From the NCBI GenBank assembly GCA_964601675.1, contig CAZROF010000002.1, forward strand, positions 17,153 through 49,152: a DNA stretch of 32,000 nt. Direction: 5' to 3'. Under the pieces are notes generated by a model. It was not told where the DNA came from. It ran no database searches and worked only from the letters and a program-made list of their open reading frames with translations. Position 1 is the first letter of the stretch; every line of letters begins with the position of its first letter. This document shows positions 31,623-32,000 of this stretch, piece by piece. Source of the stretch: Candidatus Woesearchaeota archaeon. GTDB lineage: Archaea > Nanobdellota > Nanobdellia > Pacearchaeales > GW2011-AR1. Made by a program: the position numbers and the translations under genes.

Positions 31623-32000
31623 ATGTTAAGATATATTGCAAATAGGGTTGTAGGAAGAAGAAAATCAACAGATGAATCTTTGAGCGTAAGCGAAGCAACT
31701 GAATTGCTTGGTAGTCTGAATGGCTTGACAAAAGGAAATATTAACTATAATACAGGATCTACACAATTTGCACTTAGCGATGTTGCTCTAAGAGAAATGG
31801 TTGACTTTGTCGAAGATAAATTCTGCACGAGAGGAAATTATTACACAGATATCGAACATGAAATTTATCATGGGGGATATGGAGACAAACATTATCTTGA
31901 ATTATCTCAGGGGAAAATTAGCGGAACATTCGGAACAAAAGAAGTTAAAGGACGTCCGTTCAGAGAAGCAACAATCGATTTTCTTGTTCAAGAAGAATAA
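31623..32000 (+). CDS. Hypothetical protein (125 aa)
   Basis: Complete ORF ending with TAA at 31998-32000. Soluble composition and a ribosome-binding site upstream. No motif recognised. Confidence 0.6.
   Translation: MLRYIANRVVGRRKSTDESLSVSEATELLGSLNGLTKGNINYNTGSTQFALSDVALREMVDFVEDKFCTRGNYYTDIEHEIYHGGYGDKHYLELSQGKISGTFGTKEVKGRPFREATIDFLVQEE

Noticed and set aside
1-32000. Scan for CRISPR arrays, tRNA/rRNA genes, IS elements, integrases and reverse transcriptases
   Set aside because: No regularly spaced short repeats, no cloverleaf-compatible GC-rich 70-90-nt islands, no rRNA-like sequence, and no transposase, integrase or RT motifs were seen in any listed ORF. This eye scan cannot exclude small or degenerate elements.

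Overview
AT-rich, gene-dense window that reads as a small-genome archaeon, possibly DPANN-like (lineage is inference only). Support: archaeal FEN-1, family-B DNA polymerase, archaeal-type PGK, TIM and class-IA aldolase, and TATA boxes about 27-30 nt upstream of several ATGs. All calls rest on motifs read by eye in the supplied translations; no homology search was possible.

Layout:
- 1-2.1 kb: membrane proteins and a CaCA Na+/Ca2+ exchanger.
- 2.1-5.0 kb: a TldD-like peptidase gene bracketed by a perfect 238-bp direct repeat that duplicates the 3' end of fen1.
- 5.1-6.4 kb: three unknown minus-strand genes.
- 6.5-10.3 kb: polB, a Nudix hydrolase and a SIS-like protein.
- 10.4-16.2 kb: glycogen module (GT4 synthase-like, GH57, GH15) interrupted by a MinD/ParA-type ATPase flanked by two paralogous ~100-aa proteins.
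- 16.3-21.2 kb: glycolysis array (gap, pgk, PfkB kinase, fba, tpiA).
- 21.1-30.2 kb: hypA (overlapping tpiA), hypF, hypEDC, a maturation protease and a four-subunit group-3b-like [NiFe] hydrogenase; no hypB.
- 30.2-32.0 kb: two diverged ~400-nt noncoding units with a covarying hairpin and near-identical promoters, each in front of an unrelated small gene.

No rRNA, tRNA, CRISPR array, transposase or integrase was recognised.

Best candidates for something undescribed:
1. The ATPase plus paralog-pair cassette inside the glycogen operon.
2. The tandem structured noncoding units at the right end.
3. The fen1-repeat-bracketed insertion.

Smaller oddities:
- A heptanucleotide x4 repeat inside the hydrogenase large subunit.
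- A Tyr-to-His change at the PolB motif A steric-gate position.
- Shared intergenic motifs in the glycolysis array.
- A codon-ending polarity switch near 30.5 kb.
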